From Macrostomum lignano (taxonomy: Eukaryota): DNA of 64,000 nucleotides. Within the stretch, counting starts at the first letter, position 1; each line of letters opens with the position of its first letter. The DNA lies in assembly GCA_002269645.1 (NCBI GenBank), contig NIVC01000175.1, positions 124,001-188,000 on the forward strand, read 5' to 3'. The notes under the pieces are model-generated. The model did no database searches, had not been told where the DNA came from, and saw nothing but the letters and a program-made list of their open reading frames with translations. Position numbers and translations under genes: made by a program. Below, piece after piece: positions 1 to 12,960 of the stretch.

Positions 1-806
1 TTTTCAGTGAGATGTTACCGCAGACATCCATTGCTGCACGGAAAATCTGCCGATAATGGCTGATCTGTTGTACTTAATCTGTTGAAAAACAAATTTTGGT
101 GAACAACCCAACATAAGGTAACGTGCACGGAATCGAACTCCGGGTGCTTTCAAAACGAGATCGGGACTGAATAAGCGAGTGTAGAATGACAAAATTGCAG
201 TGAAAATTAGTAGCTAAAGTGGACAGGCAGCTTTGCTATCGTGACTGCAGTTAGTTATGTTTGCGGCATGATTTATATTACAATATTTCGTACAAATATA
301 TATAGACGCTGCATTTGATTCTTAGAGAATTTTTACTTTTTCTTCTTATTGTTTCAACAATGACTTTGGCTGCGCCGTAAAAATTCTCGCTCGTAAACAG
401 GATGTAGAATTTGTGCACCATACGGAAGTGCAAAATTTCATAAGGCTTCTTTATGAAACTTAGATCAGAAAACTGAATACACGGATTTTAAGCACACTGC
501 TTGAATTGTGCGCTTAGGACGAAGCGTGTCACTTGAATAGTGAGCTTGTGCTAGTGTGCTACTCAAGCACTGGTCTTTTATTCAAAATGTGCGTTTACCC
601 AACCCCTTGGCCTAGCAACCCTCAATGACTCTCTCAAAGATAATTTCTATCTATTAATTTGTTATTATATCGCTCATTTTCAAATGGCCAATGAGAAACT
701 GAGCTATTGTACCTTGGAGTTGGGTACGATTATAAATCTCAAATTTGAACACAGACACAGTTTGAATCCAAATTACAAGAAGAAAATACCGTAAAAATAT
801 AAGGCA

Positions 807-3800
807 ATGGAAACATCTTCATCTTCATCATCGCCCGAGCAATCGGTAAGCCTTTCAGTTTATGAAACTTTATCACGCGTATGATACTTGGGGATCAGAA
901 TTTATTGTAATAGTTAGAAAAGTATAGTTATAGGGAAACTTCTAAGGCAGATAATGAGGCGCAATGGTTCTTTGAATATCACATGCGTAGAAACTAGGGT
1001 CGGTTTGGGTGCCTTGTGTTTTCTTCTTCTCAGTTATCTAAATATAAATAGCAAACTAAGTAATGAATTAATATACTCGTATTTATGTACACATGCTCAG
1101 CTTAAAGTATTATACACATCTAAGGGCGTAGACTATTAATTACTTCGATTGTAAAGACAAAAACTCGGCGAATTTTCCTAGAGTTGAACTGTAACACTGA
1201 GGGGCGCGAAAGAGTGGGACGCAAACCCGACAATTATAGATACAAAACAACCAGACCTATAGGGGTTGAGCACGCAAAATAGCGCAAAAGCCAGAAAACC
1301 CCATTCCAGAAGCCAATCAAAAACAAAAAACGAGGGCAGGGAGCAGCAAACGTGGGCCTGGCGCAGCGGAGGGGTACGCCAACCCTCAGCCAGCCCCAAA
1401 ATGCACTACGCCTTGACAGACCGACAAGGGGAGAAGCACTATCTACATACTGTATGCTTAAAAATTAACCATCATTCAGTTCAATCTGACACAAAAAGTG
1501 CATAACCTTATTTTGCAGTCGGTGGAATCAGACAATGAAAGAGAAGACGAAGTACCCGTAGATGCTTCAGGCGTATCACTGATAGAAAGAGTTGTCTGCC
1601 AAAATACACGAGTGGACGCAAGAAAGCTGCTAAGCTTAGCTCGAGAAGAAACCAAACCAAGCGCTGCCATCATGCAGTTGATAGCCTCACTAAGTCATCC
1701 TGATACAAATGAAGACGAATGCATCCATACGGATGCATTCAAGCTTTTTCAGAAAGAAATTCCGGAAAAATTTAAGCCGGCGCTATCAGTAGAGAGCCGC
1801 AACTGGTGCATAGTTCACAGCGCGATCGAATCAGACTGTGCGATACTGCTAGATTTCCTGGCCAAACAAAACTGTTGTCTCACAGTAGAGCTGGAAAATG
1901 GTACTGACCCTCTAAGCCTCGCAGCAGAGTGGAGCAAACTCAATTCAATGCGCTATCTGATCCAAACGTCGCAGTTTGATTTAAAGAAAAAAGAGCAGAA
2001 TGGATTTTCGTATTTGATGAGAGCGTGTCTCGGACTAAATGTTGAAGGCGCAAAACTTTTAATTGATAAATTGAACATGGATAAACGCTGCAAAAAAGAG
2101 GAACTGCTCGAATATCGCAGCAAAAGTAAAAACACTTGTGTTCATTTGATATTGAGCTCAAACTACAACTGCGATTCCCAAAACGGCAGTTGTAAGCATA
2201 CTGAATTGCTGGAATTCATTAGAAAACAGACGTCAGATGAGGAATTTGATAGAGCACTTGAGGCTAAAGATGAAGCTAACGCCACTAATATTCAGCGTGT
2301 AGCTGTTAATAGCGGGTGTAAAACATTGCTGGAATACTTGCACAAGACGAGAGGCTTAAGCCTGGATAAACCGGACAATGACGGAGACACTGCACTTGGA
2401 GATGCCGCTCTCCATGGAAAACTCATCGCCCTAGAGTACCTGGTGCAGAACGGTTCTAAATTAGAGCATCGCAACAAAAAAGGCGAGACGGCCTTCTTGC
2501 AGGCGTGCCGCGGATTGCAGTCTGAAGCGGCAAAATATTTGGCCGAGGAAGCAAAAGCTGATGTGCTTGCAGAGGACTTCTGCGGTAACACCGCCCTTCA
2601 CCTTACCTGCACAAAGATAATCGATGATAAAAATAAAAATGAATTTCTGAATACAATCAGATTAGTAATCACACTAATGGCAAATCAATATGGTGAAGAC
2701 AAAGCCTTGCTAAAACTTCTAAGCAAAGAGAACCTCTCAAAACATAACATGATGATGGTTCTGGCAGATACAGGAAACTTGTCTCGCTTTGTGTCCGAGT
2801 ACCGTATTGGTGACCTCAGTCTCAAAGAGCAATCTAAAATATTGCAAAACGAAGCTGAAGGTACCAACATTTTGCATGTGTACTGTGGCAAGCACAGTTT
2901 GCAGGAGCTGGAAGGTTGTTTTTTAGAGTCAATGTTCAAAGATCACTGGGAAAGTCTGATCGAAGCCAGAGTTCAAACAGGCTTCTACGAAGGCTACGGA
3001 TGCTTGCACTTCGCGTGCCAGGCAGGGCACCTGGAGAACATTAACTACCTGCTAAATAAGTATCCTGACAGCATGAAACTCAGTGAAAGCCAGTGCAGCA
3101 ATGGTCCATCACCCATGGATGTGCTTCTAAAGCACAGAAACGGCCACCTACCACAAATGATTGAAAAAACGTCTTTCGAAGAAATGATTTGCGCCACTGA
3201 CGATGTAACAACAGCGCTAAAATTACCGACTGTTGAAGAGGCCAAAGCTACCTTGCTGCCACTCTGCGAACCTGAACTGAAGTCAGCCGTGATGAAGCCT
3301 GACTTACACAAAAATGAGCAGTATGTCTCGGGGCGTTCATCAAATGAAGGGCTTGGTGGTGTCCAATATTCCTACGGTGCTCAACTGCTCTACCTGGCCT
3401 TGAAAGAGGACTCAGTGGAAATCTTTAGGTGCATTTTAGCTCTTGGATTCTGGAGTTACCTTAAAACGAGGACTGGTGCTAAGGACTTTGACAGCTACAT
3501 TCGTCATCGTATCAAAGAGAGCAAGAATAAAAATCCTAGTATTGGTGACGTTCTACCAAGCCTGCAGAAAGGTTTCAATCACTATCTGTCTTGGAGCTTA
3601 CAAAAGGCTGAAACAGAACATTGCTTTGACCTTCCAGTTCCAAGCTTGCTTGGCATTGCCATCAGATCTGGACGCATCAATATGGCAAAAGATCTCATCA
3701 TGCTTGAGCAGTACGACCTTATTCCTACCTGCTTGCTTGTAATCGAAGAGTGCCAGTTTCTCATGAAAAATAACAAGAAAGTTCTGAAAGAATGTGTGGA

Positions 3801-5502
3801 GGATCTTCAGAACTTCAGTCTCAATGTCGCTCTGAATGCCATGCACGAGTTAGACTCGTCTGCAGATGATGAGAGAATGGAGCTACTTCACAAATATATT
3901 GGTGCCAGGTTCCATCACTCTGGCCAGCAGCCATTTTGCGCAGGAAAGTGCGTATTAGAAAATCCCGATTTCGTCGGACCGAAGTACTTCTCCTTCGGAG
4001 ACGTTAAGGGCGAAGAAGAGCTGTCGGCCTTTGAGCTGGCAATAAAATCACAGAGCAAAGAGTTTATTGCATCGAAGGGCTTCAAGCACTTTTCAAAGTT
4101 TGAGTGGGAGCAACGCAAAACAAAACGAATATCAGATTCGTCACCGGAAGTAAAGTTTTACATTCACTTCAGCTTTTTCATCATATTTTTTGGTCTGCTT
4201 ACATACTACGTTTGCAGTCTTGAAGCTAGGACGGTTTGGATAGACATTGTGATCGCCGTGTTTGCGCTATCGTTCTTTTTGCAAGAAGTAATCGACTTCA
4301 TTCAAACAGTTTCGTCAAGGCGTCCTCGGGAGCAGCTTGGAGGACAGTTGCGCTCCAACTTGGAAGAGTACTTTCTAAACATATGGAACTGGATTGACCT
4401 CGTAGGAATCATTTTGCTGCTTGTGGGAAACTCTTACAAGTTTTATCTTGACAGTACGCACAATTCTAAGACTAAGATTGTTTCAGGTGACTACTTCGCA
4501 GTTAGATTGGTTTTAACGATTGCCCATGTTTGTTGGAGTTTCCGCCTGATTTCATTCCTTCGAGCATTTCGCCATTTCGGACCACTGCTAAGCATGCTGA
4601 AGAGGCTTATAAAAAGAGACTTGGTTCCATTTCTTGTCATCTTTATTATAATATGCCTATCGTTTGGAATTCTGTTCCTTAATCTACTCCATCCGGACCT
4701 TCGAAGTTACACACAAAGCGGTGCTGTTGGTGAAAGAAGCTTGTTGAACCTGCTCACCATCTACACGAGGCCCCTCCTGACGGCGTTTGGAGAGATGGAG
4801 ATGGAAGAGTTGGCAGGCTGCGAGAACGTCAATGCGCAGTGGCTGAATCTCAATGAGACTGCCTTACCGTCCGACGCCATCTGCACCCACCCTGTGGGCA
4901 CGTTTCACTACAGAAAGTACCTCATCCTGCCGTTCCTGTTCCTCATCAACCTCACCATGCTGAACATGCTGATCGCCAAGTTCAGCCTCACTGTCAGCAG
5001 CAAGGAGGACGTGGCCTATATGATCTGGCGACGCTACGATGCAGAGCTGCTAATGGACTTTAGAAGGTCTCCGATGCTTCCTCCACCGTTTACTCTGCTG
5101 TGGCTTCCTCTGTGGCTCTTGTATTTTCTTTTAAAGACATGCCAAAAGAAAGGTCAAAATACTTTTCTGTGCTGCCACAACCAAGTTTCACCGTCCTCTG
5201 AAGGCATTAAATTTTGGTGGAGATGCGACAATGATGAAGGTCGCGACGGTGCTGATAGCAAACAGAGAGATTTATTAGATATATTTTTCGAACGAAAATC
5301 AAGCAATCCTGATTCGTCATTCTGCCACAATAAAGCAAACGGCCAATCTGATATAAAAATTTTTACCAATTTTCTGTTCTTTCAAGCCTGCACATTTAGA
5401 GGCAAACGCAGTGGATTCACGAAGCCTAGAAAAGATCACGGATCGGTGATTGAAAAACTGAAAGTCGACATTTCACGGCTGTCTTCACCTGGAGCTATGT
5501 GA
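807..5502 (+). CDS. Ankyrin-repeat TRP-family cation channel; join(807..845,1519..5502)
   Basis: Exon 1 ATG 807 encodes METSSSSSSPEQS, then donor GTAAG at 846 (phase 0). Acceptor ttattttgCAG ends 1518, in frame with ORF 1498..5502. Ankyrin motifs GDTALGDAALHG, GETAFLQAC, GNTALHLTC, GCLHFACQAGH. TRP TM motifs IWNWIDLV, FGPLLSML, MLNMLIAKF and a TRP-box-like IWRRY..LPPPF. Confidence 0.9.
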
Positions 5503-7834
5503 AAGTTACACTCAAAAGAATATTTCGAATTTTTCTTAACCATATACCCTACAGTACGTGTTGTGTTGTAACGTTTCAAACTCTATTTGATACCACTTTT
5601 ACAGTTGGTAAAATTAAGCTTTAAATTTGCTGCTAACAGTTCATGACAGTAATATCATGTTGTGGCAAACCAACTAACTAATTTGGTCTTTTGGTCTTGC
5701 TACGAGTCATTTGACATAGAACTAGACGGAAAAAGCAAACAAGTTGATTATTCGACCATAGACATCCGCAAAAAAGGATGCCAGTAGAAACCTCTCTCAT
5801 GTATTCTCTATGTTTTTTAAAACTGTTATCAAATTTTTAGTTCATTGAAATCATGATTAAATAAACATCGATCTCCACATTCGGTAAAAGATCAGAATTA
5901 TCAACTTGCGTGCCTAAACTAAATCTTTAGTAATTAAATAAGAATCGTAATCATAAGAATCTTTAACAACACTATTTATTAAATCTCTTTTATAACTTCA
6001 ATACCACTGATGGCCCACTACCTTTAAAGCTTGTCCTTTTTTAAAAGAAAACGCCTGCTGTGCCTTCTTGCGTGTGTTACATTCGCCAATCGTGCGAATT
6101 TTCTTGATTATTGATTGGTTGATTGGTTGAGTGATTGGTTTTTTTACGGTAGGAAGTTTTCCATTTTTAGCGCCAAATGTAGCATAATGTTCTCACCTTG
6201 GGGACTTCCAAATTGCAAACGAAGCAATTTCGTGTTCCATCCGAAGTGTATCAATTTTATCAAGCCATTTTTACGCTGATATGCTGAATTAACGTTTTCC
6301 TTTTTTCTATCTCTTTTACTAACTTTTGTGAGTGCATCTTATGAGAAACATATTGAATTTAGAGTTGGGTAGCCAAAGAAGGTGAGATATTCGGAATATT
6401 AGCTATAAAAATTGACAACTTCCTTTCTTGTTGATACATATCATACATTCGTTGACCATGAAAGAAACATAAATATTAATCAGAGATTTTATTTTTTTTA
6501 AACTGCTAAGCAACATGTCTTGATGTTGTGCTGTGTTGCCTAACTTTACTGCTCTGCTCTTTAGTCCCTCTGTTTTCGATACTTCTTTGTTATACTTTGA
6601 AAAGTAGATTTTTGATGCTTTGTACGCTTGTTTTCATTTTCGCCTTATTATTTTTTGCTATTCATACACTAAAAGGCAACCAATCGTAACTATGTAAATA
6701 GTTACGATTCAAGACGGCAAAGTGCCTATTTGAGCCTGCAAAAACTAAAAGAAAATTTACTCTATAATATCAATATCCACGTTATCCTCTTCTAACAATA
6801 GATTTTTTGTTTCTCGATAACATTCGTAATTAATTTCAACTTAAAATCAAGATTTTCAATCGAAAATTTGCATCATTTCAGTTTCTTTATTTTCAATTTT
6901 TGAGACGCAATAAAAAGTTAAAAAATAAAATTATGTGCATTGACAGACAGGAATAAATACAGTATCGAATTATTCTGGTTAGTGAAGTTGGGCGATCGAA
7001 ATCCGAAGTTTCAGAATTCGAACTTGGCGCTAAAACCGAGCAAAATACGACTAGCCAACTGGAAAAAATAAAAAAGTTAGGTTCAGATATTAAAATTTAG
7101 CAGTCAGCTGCACGCGGTGTCGAAATAAGAGTTCACGTGCTGGAGGGTAAGGTAGAGAGAGGCCGTTTGAGGGCTTGAGAGCCCATAGTTTTGTGACAGA
7201 TAAATGAGACAGATATGAATGCAGTTTCTACTTCAAACTATCTAAACCATGAATAGCATATTATGAAATGAGAAACGGATTTATAAATTGTATGAAGAAA
7301 CTAGATAACCCACCAGTGCTGCCACAGACACTAGCTACCCAATGTAGAAACCATTTTGACAACAAAAGCTCTAGCTAATGATGCAAAAAACAAAATATCT
7401 TTCTTTGCATAAACTTTTTTCAGAGCTAAAAAGTAAAATAGTAAGACCGTCTACACACAAGAAAGTAGTTATATTAGAGACGACAGGGCACGGAAAAATG
7501 AGAAGACCATGGCTAGCTAGATGATGCTTTAATTACTCTGCGTCTATGTGCGTTTCATTTCTGCCTCAGTAGCATATCAAATATAGTTCTTAGGGTGCGT
7601 TTCAGTAGCTTTAAGTGTACTAAATTTTAGGAATAATCAGTTTAATTTAATGGCTCAACCTTTGGAAGCGCTTGTACATGTGAACACGGTACAGATTATA
7701 AGTATTGCTTTTGACAGAAAAGTTAATAGTTAGCCAACCAAGTTGAGAATTCCCATTTGGCATGGAACTTGATGTTTAAAGCATCACTTCAATGAGCTAA
7801 ACATTCAAAAACAGTTTTGAAAACTGACAGAGAT

Positions 7835-7840
7835 AGATAT

Positions 7841-7878
<38 letters not shown>

Positions 7879-7880
7879 CG

Positions 7881-7890
<10 letters not shown>
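7835..7890. repeat. (GATA)n microsatellite
   Basis: Run of agat/gata units read directly. Confidence 0.95.
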
Positions 7891-8392
<502 letters not shown>

Positions 8393-10544
8393 ATACGACT
8401 GGCTTCCACTAGCATGGTATCCTTTTTGTGCAGATAGATGTCCATGGCCGAAATGTCAACTTGGTTGCCTTTTTCCGTTATTGTATCTCTTTCTATATCT
8501 ATGGGAGACCAAGCAGACCAAATGCTTCCAAATGGGAATTCTAAACTTGGTCAACTATCAACTTGACTGGCAATAGAAGCTCATGCTCTAAAGAAGAGAT
8601 AAGATAGAAAGAGAAGAAAATGGGGAAAATGGCCAATATAGCGTTGAGCTTAATGTAATGTGTAATTGTAATGTGTTGATACGATCATAGATCTTATAAT
8701 CCATAGAAAGACCACTTTCTATTGCTGCAATATGGAAAATTTGACCGCTGTTTTTTGTCATGGGTTGCCTAAAGTTTGCGTTCAGTAGCTTAGGGACATA
8801 GACGCTATTTTTTGGGAATTTGTTTCATTTGCTAGCATCGAATCGTAACAATAAAACGAATGCAATTGGAGTTGAGGCTGCGAAAGATGCATGCACTGCA
8901 GAGACTACTGACGAAATGGAGTTCAGTAGTTGATTTTCGCGCTGTAGCGAATTGAAAACTTTTTCACGCAGGCTTCATGGCCACATACGTGTCCATCACG
9001 ACTAAATATGAAGACATGGCAAAAAAGCACTTACTGTTGAATATCTCGACGGTATTGAGGTGCGGCGACTTGATCTTTATTTGATGAGTTTAAGGGCCGT
9101 TACCGCATATCCTAGGTATTTTTATGTCTGTGATAATGTACTATTATTTTATCTTACCGATATTTCACTAACCGTATAAATTCCCACCGATATTTTGGGC
9201 ATATCAGATAAGAAGTGACTTTTTCCTGACCTCAAAAATTGAAAATCAGAAAAAGGGGAGAAGGCCCCCAGTAGGTTTATGAGATTGGTATTTGCTAATT
9301 GCTATGAGGTTTGGTAGTATATTTCTCGTTAAAAATTGGTTTTGTTGTCGAGAAAACATGAAATACAACCCGGAAATTAAAAATCAAATTGTGTTTTATG
9401 CCTATGGTAAAAATGCATCCCGGAAAAGACCCAGCGTCGAGGCGGTAGACGGTTCCGAGGGCGGATACGTGGCATAATCCTCGGGCTGTGCATATTTCGT
9501 TCGATGTTCCGTCTCGTCTCATTACGAGCGTACGAACGAAAATGTAGAGAATTACTGCATGGCTGCGCCAATCCATGATTAAATTGAGTGCTCGCAGGAC
9601 CAACTATAGGCTGCAAAAATGTATCTTATCAGACTGTGAAGTTCTATGAACTGCAAAGTTTTTAGATTGTCACAATGTAATACTACTTATATGAGTACAA
9701 CTATGATTAGCAAAATAAGTTGTTTTTACATGAACCTAAACATAAATCGTGTCAGAATTTTTTAATAGACCGAAAAGGCTGGCCACTGCTAGTCTCAGAG
9801 CTCTGAAATGAAATTCCAGGGGAAAATCCATGCAGAAAAGACTTCATCGAGCAGATCTAGAGCTGCATGTAAACGCTGGGCCCCTCCAACCTTAAGGTGC
9901 ATGGTCCAAAAGTTTCAAAATTACCTTAAGCATCGCAAGAAAACATAAAATTAAATACGCCGTCAGGTTTTATCAAGCAGTGTTACAGGGCCGCTTCTGG
10001 GGCTAGGGCGCGAGCATCGACTTTGCTGCCGACCATAAACCATGCATAAACCAAATCTGGAATTCGGATGTGGACCTACCAGCGTCTAGGTTTTCTATTC
10101 CAGACGGTCTTGACTACCGATTGTAATATAGCACGTCTTTCTGTCCTGCCACGGCTCGCGGCGGCATCGCGCATATCTTGCAAAGCTTACAGTAGATATG
10201 CAAAGCTTACCAGAAACTGAGTTGGAAATCTAAACAACAGCGTCAAATCACATAAATCACAATATGGGCACACAAATTACCTATTTACGAGCGTAAGAGG
10301 TTAAAAAATAATATTTATTCACGAGAAATCTCGCGATGAAGATAACTATAAAAAAGAGTTGTTTCACACTCAATAATAGAAAAGACAATTCACGCATTGT
10401 ACGTGTATCTGTAAAGCAGAAAATTAAATACTTGGTGACGAAAAACTGTAACAGTTACTCTAAAAACATCTAGAAGATTCTGAGTCAGTTTGACAGAAAA
10501 ATATGAGCACACGAGTAATAATAAGCAATTCACAGTCATCCATT

Positions 10545-11558
10545 CTAATGTTCTTCCACTCGAAAGCCAACACTGCCACCAGCGTAGAAATGTCCTCGCT
10601 GAGCCAGTCGCCAATCGTCCGCTGAATTCCGTTGTTCTTGACGCTTGTCGTCATCAAACGAACTCGCCTGGCCATCGGTGACCTTTGCAACGGCGTTGCG
10701 AATCGGTTCGTTAAGCCGTGTTGGCGGTCCGTCGCGCGTCTCAAAGATGGCCGCCATTTCCAGATCGTCGGTGCCTCCGTTTGTCCCTTTGACTGATAGA
10801 AGCTGCGATCGTCTGGTCTGATACTGCTCGTGAACCGACTGTCGCTGCTGCGACTCCGAAGCGCTCCAGTCATTCTGCTGATAGTGTGGCCCAGCTGGAA
10901 CGGTGATCTTGGTAAAGAAGCTTCCGCCTGACGAGGTTGACGGCGCCGGCGGAGTGGCAGGCTTGTACGGTAGGGGGTTTCGACGATGAATCACGGCATA
11001 GTCTGGTTCTCTGGCTTTCTGCACGGGCCTGCCGCCTCCATTGTCCGTATAGTCGCGGGACTCGCCGTTTCCTTGTCTGAGTTTACTATGTGATGAAGCA
11101 AGAGCGGCTCGGTTAATCGTTGAAATAAACTCGGACGATTTAGCGAATTCGTCCATGTAGGCTGTGCGATGCCGATTGACAACGTCGGTGACGACTTTAA
11201 CACTGACGGAGTCGTTCAATCGCATGATGGTCACGCAGCGTTGGTCGTAGTCTTTGACGCATATAACGATAGTCGTTGGTTCATTTGTGAGTACAATGAT
11301 GTCGGACAGGCGTTGGTACCGGATGAACTCGATCGGCATTGAGGCGAACATGCCATGATCGCCCAGTTGAATTCCGGTATCAAATACTCGCAGCTCTGTT
11401 GTGACTTTTATATGTCGTCTCTTGGCTTTGTCGATTAGCTGCCTGGCCACCATAGCGTTGAAATCTTCGTCCGGTTTAATCAGGAATCGACCAACAACGC
11501 GTACCTTGGTTTTGAGCACCTTTTGTCCGCGCCGAACTGGCTCAGACTTTATTGACAT
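10545..11558 (-). CDS. Uncharacterised protein with predicted N-terminal PH/PTB-like beta-sandwich and disordered C-terminal half
   Basis: Long non-repetitive ORF (track 10545..11606); first ATG at 11558 (MSIKSEP). Alternating beta-strand pattern (KTKVRVVGRF, ELRVFDTGI, IIVLTNEP, IVICV, VTIMRL) ends in a helix (VKVVTDVVNRHR), as in PH/PTB folds. Fold call is inference. Confidence 0.6.
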   Translation of the reverse strand: MSIKSEPVRRGQKVLKTKVRVVGRFLIKPDEDFNAMVARQLIDKAKRRHIKVTTELRVFDTGIQLGDHGMFASMPIEFIRYQRLSDIIVLTNEPTTIVICVKDYDQRCVTIMRLNDSVSVKVVTDVVNRHRTAYMDEFAKSSEFISTINRAALASSHSKLRQGNGESRDYTDNGGGRPVQKAREPDYAVIHRRNPLPYKPATPPAPSTSSGGSFFTKITVPAGPHYQQNDWSASESQQRQSVHEQYQTRRSQLLSVKGTNGGTDDLEMAAIFETRDGPPTRLNEPIRNAVAKVTDGQASSFDDDKRQEQRNSADDWRLAQRGHFYAGGSVGFRVEEH

Positions 11559-12463
11559 GTTCTTTGTCGATTCGTCGATCGTTAGTCTTGAGAATCTCTC
11601 TATCAATTAATTAAACTTTGAGTTGCTACTTGGCTAGAAAGAAAAGCTCGGAATGCGAAAAGCAAAATAAATAAAGCCGCTTCGTCTTGCTTGGTCAGAG
11701 CCTTTGGAAAGAATGTTTAATGGTTAGAGAGGAGAGAAATAAGACAGAAGAGACAGCTCCGACTTTTTGATGCAGAATGGGCTGGCAGGGGCAGAGCGCT
11801 AATACTTTCTATTCAGTGCTCAAAGTTCAAGAAACAAATTCTTCTGTGCTAATTTAAAATCTTTCTCTCTCATTCGCACAGGTTGTGGCGCATCTCAGTG
11901 GCTGCCTACACTAGTATCGCCCTCTCAGAGGCACAATAGTCAGAAAAGGCATAGATGGAGAAGCGCTTCTGCTTTTTTAAGAGCCGAGCAAGAATAGAAT
12001 GTGGGGGCTCTGCGCGTGCATGGGTGGGTGAATGGGTGGGTGGATGGGTGGGTCCGACTCCTCTACTCTTTACTTCGACTTCAACAGCCCTTGCAGGCAG
12101 GTGCAGGTTAAAAATCTGGTTCTTATATTTTTTTGATTATCGATCGTACTGGATTACTTGCTTGGGTTCCGAATTTTGGAACGATGAAAATGAATTAAAT
12201 TGAACTTGTTTAGCCTTAGTTATTGACAGCGAAGGGTCGAATATGACGTCTATGCGAACTCTGATTGCTGAATTCTGATGCAGGGCCCCGCAGCATCAGC
12301 GAGTAAATAGTCAGGCTAGTGAGAGCGTTCGGCAATGTCACTAATTGGGAAAGCCATTTTGGTTGTTTTATGATCATGATTAGGACTTGCCCGAGTAGAA
12401 TGCAGCAGCAAGTACAAATGGAACTTTATTGCGTACGATAATCGCTCGCCCTGCCGTAAATAG

Positions 12464-12960
12464 ATGCCAGCTACAGAGTGGGCACCAGCTACAGAGGGGG
12501 CGCCAGCTACGGAGGGGGCACCAGCTACGGAGGGGGCACCAGCTACGGAGGGGGCACCAGCTACGGAGGGGGCACCAGCTACGGAGGGGGCACCAGCTAC
12601 GGAGAGGGCAAAAGCTACGGAGGGGGCACCAGCTACGGAGAGGGCACCAGTTACAGAGGGGGCACCAGCTACGGAGGGGGCACCAGCTACGGAGAGGGCA
12701 CCAGCTACGGAGAGGGCAAAAGCTACGGAGGGGCACCAGCTACGGAGGGGGCACCAGCTACGGCGGGGGCACCAGCTACGGAGGGGGCACCAGCTACGGA
12801 GAGGGCACCAGCTACGGAGAGGGCAAAAGCTACGGAGGGGGCACCAGCTACGGAGGGGGCACCAGCTACGGAGAGGGCAAAAGCTACGGAGAGGGGCACC
12901 AGCTACGGAGGGGGCACCAGCTACAGAGTGGCGTCAGCTACAGCTGAGGGGGCGCCAACT
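12464..12960. repeat. Minisatellite, ~18-nt unit GCACCAGCTACGGAGGGG
   Basis: About 27 tandem units. It is the reverse complement of the array family at 46425-46880. Confidence 0.95.

Noticed and set aside
4-192. 62-aa minus-strand ORF at the window edge
   Set aside because: No recognisable motif or ATG start; it could be a partial exon but is unsupported.
1940-5369. Short antisense ORFs within the TRP gene, and likewise within BIRC6 and the LINE
   Set aside because: Shadow ORFs of well-supported coding frames, without independent motifs.
6165-7035. MITE defined by TTTTAGCGCCAA / TTGGCGCTAAAA
   Set aside because: Only about 12 bp of inverted match, with no clear TSD or second copy.
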